Assembly (NCBI GenBank): GCA_008932965.1
Contig: WBXG01000053.1
Coordinates: 1-12,043 of the forward strand
Origin: Verrucomicrobiota bacterium
Lineage (GTDB): Bacteria; Verrucomicrobiota; Verrucomicrobiia; Chthoniobacterales; UBA6821
Reading direction: 5' to 3'
Length of the DNA stretch: 12,043 nucleotides
Shown: positions 7,205 through 12,043 of the stretch, one piece after another
How the letters are laid out: each line of letters opens with the position of its first letter
How positions within the stretch are numbered: the stretch's first letter is position 1
The notes under the pieces: model-generated
What the model was told of the DNA's origin: nothing
Seen by the model: only the letters and a program-made list of their open reading frames with translations
Databases searched by the model: none
Made by a program: the position numbers and the translations under genes

Positions 7205-8119
7205 TCATTCAAAAACAACACTTAGAAGATCTTTTTTAACAGCTGGATAATCATTAATTTTTTGAGTAGGTTGGCCGTTTTCAAGAAGGTAGCATGAATA
7301 TCCATAGGATTTCATTTGGTCAATATATTGATATGATGTTGCATTAGATACTTTCATTAGCTGCGAAGGATGCAACTCCGATAAGATAGGTGGTTTTTTA
7401 ACTTTAAATAAAATTTTAGCACCTTTGAAGACTAAAGGTTCTGCACCCTCTACATCAATTTTTATAATATCAGGAAAAATATTTGGTAGAAGTTCATCCA
7501 GTGGTGCCGCTTTGACTTTAATAGCTTCTTGATTTGAAGAGGGGATTTCTCCTTTAAAAACAAAAGATCCCCCTGGATTATCAGTATGAAATCCTGAGTA
7601 GAGATTTAATTCCTCCCATTTATCTAATAGAGCATAGTTCCAGAGATGAACGCGATCATCCAACTTATTATGAGTCAAAGTGCGTTTAAGCATCTTTGCT
7701 GTTTCTGGTCGAGGCTCAAAAGCATAAATAGCACCTTCATCTCCAATGTGCTTAGCTGCTACTAACGTAAACCAACCTATATTAGCGCCAATATCAAAAA
7801 CAATACTTTGATCTTCTAACTTCGAAATAAAATAATCTGTTTCACTAGGTTCCCATGAATTATTCAAACATCCTTTCGAGACATAGTTATCAGACAAATC
7901 AATCCATTGTGTATAACAATCTAAGATATCGACAGCAACCCATTTTGAGTTAGTAAAACCAAATCCATTTTGATTCTTAAACTCACTTGAGTTCAAAAAT
8001 ATTTTTCTCAATTGGTTAAAATTTTCTAACTGTAGCTTTTGCGTTATTACTTCTTCAGATTCTGGAACTCTTCCGAGGATTGCTCGATAGCACCAAACTA
8101 TTTCTTCTCTTGTAACCAT
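7205..8119 (-). CDS. FkbM-family SAM-dependent methyltransferase with an N-terminal DUF4214-like module
   Basis: 304-aa ORF. FkbM hallmarks are VFDIGANIGWFTLVAAKH...IYAFEPRPETAKMLKRTL and IIKIDVEGAEPLVFKGA. The N-terminal ~50 aa MVTREEIVWCYRAILGRVPESEEVITQKLQLENFNQLRKIFLNSSEFKN (about 7970-8119) are the shared module, copy D. Confidence 0.85.
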   Translation of the reverse strand: MVTREEIVWCYRAILGRVPESEEVITQKLQLENFNQLRKIFLNSSEFKNQNGFGFTNSKWVAVDILDCYTQWIDLSDNYVSKGCLNNSWEPSETDYFISKLEDQSIVFDIGANIGWFTLVAAKHIGDEGAIYAFEPRPETAKMLKRTLTHNKLDDRVHLWNYALLDKWEELNLYSGFHTDNPGGSFVFKGEIPSSNQEAIKVKAAPLDELLPNIFPDIIKIDVEGAEPLVFKGAKILFKVKKPPILSELHPSQLMKVSNATSYQYIDQMKSYGYSCYLLENGQPTQKINDYPAVKKDLLSVVFE

Positions 8120-8137
8120 TTTAATGTTTATATTAAC

Positions 8138-9085
8138 TTATTTTTTAATAATAAAAGTATTGGAGAGATAACGGGCAGGATCACCAGTTGATCCATCTTC
8201 ACGTACTTCTAATAGTTGACATTGCGCATCAGCAATAAGAGAAAAAATAAGAGATTGTGGGAGAGCGTGCATCTGCATATCAAGCGGATGGTCTTTTGCA
8301 ATCCATTCTTTTGTATTAAAAGAATAGTCTTTGATATAGGTAGGCACTTGAAAAATGGCTATTCCTCCAGGAAGGAGAGAGGCTAAGGCCATTTTAATAA
8401 GATGACGTATGAGGGGAGGAGGATTATGTTGTAAGACAATCCTAGAGTAAAAGCAATGACACTTTTCTAATGGTTCCAACAAATCATCAGAACAAAGATG
8501 GAAATGACATTGAGAATATCCTTTTTCGACTGCTTTTTGTTTTGCGATTTCTAAATGTCCTTCAGAAATATCATAAGCATCCACCTGAGCAAAAAGACTA
8601 GCAAGCCCCATCGTCACACGTCCTACACCACATCCATATTCCACAATCTTTTTAGAGGATAAATCCTCCAAGGAATAATTTTTAAGAATCGTTTCTAAAT
8701 GAGATGCTTCGCCTTCACCAGATTTCCAAAAGTCTTCTTCGTAATTATTTAAGTTTTCGGGAAGAAAATTTTTATTGGTGAGTACAGAAAAGTGAGGTCC
8801 AATAATGCCTAGATGAGTCCAAGCCTCTTTGATTTTTCTAATACACGCTTGAAGCTCTTCTTCACTACACCCCATTAAAATATTATTTTTTGGCAATGTT
8901 AGTGGAAGATAGGTATTTCTTTCTTGGATATTAAATTTACTTTTAAACTCTTTTGAATCTAGGAATATTTTCCTCAGTTGATCAAAGTTTTCTAATTTCA
9001 TCTTCCCAGCAATGACTTCTTCTGATTCTGGAATCCTACCAAGAATCGTTCTGTAGCACCAAATAACTTCCTCCCGAGTAATCAT
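8138..9085 (-). CDS. Class I SAM-dependent methyltransferase (Methyltransf_11/25-like) with an N-terminal DUF4214-like module
   Basis: 315-aa ORF. Motif I is IVEYGCGVGRVTMGLA, followed by VDAYDISEGHLEIAKQKA and a post-motif GGIAIFQVP. The N-terminal ~50 aa MITREEVIWCYRTILGRIPESEEVIAGKMKLENFDQLRKIFLDSKEFKS (about 8936-9085) are the shared module, copy C. Confidence 0.8.
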   Translation of the reverse strand: MITREEVIWCYRTILGRIPESEEVIAGKMKLENFDQLRKIFLDSKEFKSKFNIQERNTYLPLTLPKNNILMGCSEEELQACIRKIKEAWTHLGIIGPHFSVLTNKNFLPENLNNYEEDFWKSGEGEASHLETILKNYSLEDLSSKKIVEYGCGVGRVTMGLASLFAQVDAYDISEGHLEIAKQKAVEKGYSQCHFHLCSDDLLEPLEKCHCFYSRIVLQHNPPPLIRHLIKMALASLLPGGIAIFQVPTYIKDYSFNTKEWIAKDHPLDMQMHALPQSLIFSLIADAQCQLLEVREDGSTGDPARYLSNTFIIKK

Positions 9086-9509
9086 AATATTAATTTTATT
9101 AGTTATTTTTATTTTATTAGTTTCATTTTTCCTCTAGTTTTTTTAATAGAGATTTAAATTCTAGTGATTTTAAAAAAGCAGTTCGTAATTGTTCAAAATT
9201 TTCTAGTTTCATTTTTTCAGAAATGACTTTCTCTGATTCTGGAACCCTACCAAAAATCGTTCTGTAGCACCAAATAACTTCCTCTCGAGTAATCATAACA
9301 TTAATTTCGTTAGTTATTTTTATTTTATTAGCTTCATTTTTTTCCTCTAGTTTTTTTAATAGAGATTTAAATTCTAGTGATTTTAAAAAAGCAGTTCGTA
9401 ATTGTTCAAAATTTTCAACTTGCATATTTTGATCAATGACTTCCTCGGACTCAGGTTCCCTGCCGAGAATAGTACGGTAGCACCAAATAACTTCTTCTTT
9501 TGTAATTAG
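9086..9509 (-). repeat. Tandem ~212-bp coding repeat (two full units of 213 and 211 bp); a third partial unit continues into 8936-9085 across the gene boundary
   Basis: Unit 1 is 9297-9509 (213 bp, module A plus linker NEANKIKITNEINV). Unit 2 is 9086-9296 (211 bp, module B plus a degenerate linker containing the GT17 stop). A 73-bp stretch is perfectly identical between units (9131-9203 = 9344-9416). The array continues with the N-terminal module of the 8138-9085 gene. Confidence 0.9.
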
Positions 9510-10457
9510 ACCAGAATGGGAAAAGCGAAAAAGATGGTAATAAGAGGGTAGATCCTTCAGTACAGGAGAAGGAATATTTGAATTTAACTCATTAGTAATG
9601 ATATCTAAAAGTTGTTTGTGAAGTTGATCATTATAGGGCTTTAAACTTGATATTTGATTTTCTCGTGTAATCGCTAATGGTTTTGCATCATTTGAATTAG
9701 AACTATTTTTACTGGCTCCATGAGTAAAATTAGCAACTTTATATTCAACACACTTTTTTCCTCCAAAATAGGTTAAATGCCAACCTGCATTCTCAAGTAA
9801 TATTACTTTTTGATTTTTATAAAAAGGACTGATGTCATATCTTCTTCCTGGATTAACAATTTTTTGTGAGTTTATTAATTCATTACTTTTATCTAAATTG
9901 CAATATTTTCTCCCTGCCCCTGCAATATTATTTCTTAGTTCTACTGGGAAATATTTTCCAAAGATATTATAACGAATTGCAATAGAACCGAGCCATTTAT
10001 ATTTTTTATCTGAAGTATTACCTTCAATAAAAAACTTTCTGATATCCTGTTGAAAAAGGTATATTTCATCTTCTATACAACTTTTTGATACTTCTTGAAC
10101 AACACTGTTTTTTGGTATTTCATCAACATCAGAAATGATAACAAGGTCATCATTAGATAATTCTAACTCTAATAATGCAGGCATGATTTGATTCTTATGA
10201 TAAATTTCAAGCCATTGTCGATTTTTTTCCGTATCTGAAATAAGTGGAGGTAGATTCATTACCTTAAAATGATGAATTTTAGATAGAAATGCAGAAAACC
10301 TTTCTTTGTTTTCATCAAAATAAAAAGGTTTTTTTATTCCGGCAAAAGTTTTGGCACATTCGACAAGAACAAATTTATCTACGATATTCCAGAGTTCTTT
10401 TAGTCTAATTTCTAATGTATCTAATTCATTAAAAAACGGAAAAGCGTCAATGATCAT
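9123..10457 (-). CDS. GT17-like glycosyltransferase (GnT-III-like, beta-1,4-N-acetylglucosaminyltransferase family) with two C-terminal DUF4214-like modules
   Basis: 444-aa ORF. The N-terminus MIIDAFPFFNELDTLEIRLKELWNIVDKFVLVECAKTFAGIKKPFYF, the DLVIISDVDEIP (DxD-type) segment and the later GWHLTYFGG block match my memory of bacterial CAZy GT17 members. Residues ~317-373 (9339-9509) and 388-444 (9126-9296) are shared-module copies A and B, joined by a 14-aa linker. Confidence 0.7.
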   Translation of the reverse strand: MIIDAFPFFNELDTLEIRLKELWNIVDKFVLVECAKTFAGIKKPFYFDENKERFSAFLSKIHHFKVMNLPPLISDTEKNRQWLEIYHKNQIMPALLELELSNDDLVIISDVDEIPKNSVVQEVSKSCIEDEIYLFQQDIRKFFIEGNTSDKKYKWLGSIAIRYNIFGKYFPVELRNNIAGAGRKYCNLDKSNELINSQKIVNPGRRYDISPFYKNQKVILLENAGWHLTYFGGKKCVEYKVANFTHGASKNSSNSNDAKPLAITRENQISSLKPYNDQLHKQLLDIITNELNSNIPSPVLKDLPSYYHLFRFSHSGLITKEEVIWCYRTILGREPESEEVIDQNMQVENFEQLRTAFLKSLEFKSLLKKLEEKNEANKIKITNEINVMITREEVIWCYRTIFGRVPESEKVISEKMKLENFEQLRTAFLKSLEFKSLLKKLEEK

Positions 10458-10505
10458 TTTTATATTAATTTAAATAATTTATTTATAACATTGAGGAAAT
10501 ATTTT

Positions 10506-12043
10506 TTAATCATTTGCATGAATAACTCTTTTTAAAAATGCTTCCCATTGAGGCAATATTTCCTCTTGAGAGTAGCGAGAGGAGACTTCATCTCCTTGTT
10601 TTTTGAGTTCCGCTTGGACTTCCTGTGCGTTGGGTGCGTAGAGGACTTTTTTGAGAGCATGCACAAGGCTCATTGTTGAGTAAGGATTAAAATATTCTGC
10701 TGCTCGTTCATAGATTTCGCGGTGAACGGGAATATCAGAGGCTATGGCTATTCCACCTGACATCATGGCTTCGACTCCTGAAAAGTCAAAGCCTTCAAAG
10801 AGGCTGGGACAGACGGTTGCTGCTGCATGACTATAGAGAACACGTAGATCGGGAGCTGGGACAGAATTCAACATAAAAAGCTCACCCCGATCGATCCATG
10901 TTTTGAGCGTTTTAACGATGGCGGTATAACCCCAACCTAAGGTGCCAACGATGACTAATTTTATATTTGGATTAATTTCTTCTTTGAGAATTTCCCAAGC
11001 AGCTAACACACGCGTATGATTTTTGCGCGGTTCAATGGTAGAGACCACAAGAAGGTATTGAAACTCTTTATCAAAAAGATGCCGTTTGAAGAAATTTTCT
11101 TGCTCACGCAAATTTAAAAACTCAGGAGAAACTCCTAATCCCTTGGCTTCTGGGTCAAAGCCATAAATTCTAGAACGAATAATTCCACGCACCCGTTCAA
11201 AAGAGGTCGTCTCTTTAAAATAATGATGCGAGACGCTATTGTGGATCGTGACGACGCGATCGGCTATTTTCGGGAAAAGTCTTAATAAATCTTGCCGTGA
11301 TGATTCTGAAACGCAAGCAAACCAGGCTTTTGATTTGACATTGCTAACCAAAGCATGAATGTGCGTTGCCTGATGACTAGAAACGTCATTGATAGTGTGC
11401 GGCATGAAAATGGGAATCGCATCATGATAACGAACGACGAATTTAGTATTTTTACTGATGCGTGCTGGATAAGGAGTTTGCGCAATAAAGATATCAATAT
11501 CTTGTGTTGCTATTTTTGGATATTTTGGTGAAAAGCTCCAATTGAGTGAACCGAGCCCTGCCATATGCAACGTGAACCACGAAACCGAGCAAATACGATG
11601 AGGTGCGCGCGTGATAGTATCAAACTCTACCGGAGGTAGTGTCTTTGCAAAAAAGGAGCGCCATATAAAATCTTCAAAGGAGGATGGATCGAAAGAAGTT
11701 AACTTAATTTTTCCGATATTTGTGAAGAGCGAAAGTTGCAGAGCCATGGCTTCTGAGCGTTTATCGAACCAGTCCATCCATTTCTCCAGTAGTGTCAAAT
11801 AAGGCCGTTCCTTCATCGAAATGATAACATTAGAATATTTGGCATAACGTGCTGCTGGTTTTAGTAAACGCACCCAAAATCCTCCAATTCCTGATTGTTT
11901 TATTCCTTTAGCTATTTTGTGAGTGGGGCCTTGCAGCAGTCCTTCAAGATGAACTGAAGGAATCTTACTTAAATTAGAAAAAAGGAGACGTGTTTCTTGT
12001 GGGATACCTGCAAAACCTTCTGTGGCAGGACGTAGTTCTAAAA
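10506..12043 (-). CDS. GT4-family (GT-B fold) glycosyltransferase; 5' end beyond the window
   Basis: The track starts this ORF at a GTG (11873). My hand translation shows the same frame stays open to the window edge: LELRPATEGFAGIPQETRLLFSNLSKIPSVHLEGLLQGPTHKIAKGIKQSGIGGFW-VRLLK.... The GIPQETRLLF segment looks like a GT N-terminal nucleotide-sugar-fold start. The C-terminal half has the GT4 signature LLVVSTIEPRKN...VIVGTLGWGY...PSLFEGFDFSGVEAMMSGGIAIASDIPVHREI (EX7E motif). Confidence 0.85.
   Translation of the reverse strand, partial: LELRPATEGFAGIPQETRLLFSNLSKIPSVHLEGLLQGPTHKIAKGIKQSGIGGFWVRLLKPAARYAKYSNVIISMKERPYLTLLEKWMDWFDKRSEAMALQLSLFTNIGKIKLTSFDPSSFEDFIWRSFFAKTLPPVEFDTITRAPHRICSVSWFTLHMAGLGSLNWSFSPKYPKIATQDIDIFIAQTPYPARISKNTKFVVRYHDAIPIFMPHTINDVSSHQATHIHALVSNVKSKAWFACVSESSRQDLLRLFPKIADRVVTIHNSVSHHYFKETTSFERVRGIIRSRIYGFDPEAKGLGVSPEFLNLREQENFFKRHLFDKEFQYLLVVSTIEPRKNHTRVLAAWEILKEEINPNIKLVIVGTLGWGYTAIVKTLKTWIDRGELFMLNSVPAPDLRVLYSHAAATVCPSLFEGFDFSGVEAMMSGGIAIASDIPVHREIYERAAEYFNPYSTMSLVHALKKVLYAPNAQEVQAELKKQGDEVSSRYSQEEILPQWEAFLKRVIHAND

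Noticed and set aside
9086-9509. Possible CRISPR array or non-coding satellite, given the regularly spaced near-identical ~70-bp blocks
   Set aside because: The unit is ~212 bp with no short unique spacers. It is entirely in frame within a protein-coding ORF and encodes a conserved protein module, so it is a coding tandem duplication.
11282-11802. Track ORFs 11282-11497 (-) and 11611-11802 (+)
   Set aside because: Both are embedded in the GT4 glycosyltransferase ORF in other frames or strands, with no motifs.
11871-11873. GTG at 11873 as the GT4 start codon, as implied by the ORF track
   Set aside because: The same frame remains open for a further 56 codons to the window edge. It encodes a plausible GT N-terminal segment (FAGIPQETRLLFSNL). 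The real start is therefore most likely upstream, outside the window.

Overview
This is a bacterial chromosomal window with no rRNA, tRNA or CRISPR, and it falls into two parts. The taxon is not determinable from sequence alone. None of the nine start codons I inspected has a recognisable Shine-Dalgarno sequence, and GTP-type PEPCK plus NRAMP would fit an environmental or intracellular lineage, but that is a guess.

Positions 1-5.6 kb are housekeeping-like:
- a 3'-truncated (C-terminus off-window) RlmI/RlmK-like SAM methyltransferase;
- an NRAMP Mn/Fe transporter (mntH), divergent from a GTP-dependent PEP carboxykinase (pckG);
- a signal-peptide protein of unknown function whose start overlaps the pckG stop (ATGA);
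- a 163-bp element with 28-bp terminal inverted repeats and a GC-rich core;
- a small 3-TM membrane ORF.

Positions 5.6-12.0 kb are a tightly packed, single-strand (minus) glycan-modification cluster. In transcription order it holds a GT4 glycosyltransferase (5' end off-window), a GT17-like glycosyltransferase, a class I SAM methyltransferase, an FkbM-family methyltransferase, a third methyltransferase-fold protein and a TPR-like helical protein.

The most unusual signal is a ~50-57 aa DUF4214-like module (consensus ITREEVIWCYRTILGRxPESEEVI..ENFxQLRxxFLxSxEFK). It occurs four times across three consecutive enzymes: twice at the C-terminus of the GT17-like protein and once at the N-terminus of each of the next two methyltransferases. 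At the DNA level these copies form a ~212-bp tandem array that runs straight across the GT17/methyltransferase gene boundary. The only break is a stop codon created by a 2-nt length difference in a homopolymer tract (A5 versus A7 on the coding strand). The segment carrying these genes (about 7.2-10.5 kb) is visibly more AT-rich than its flanks.
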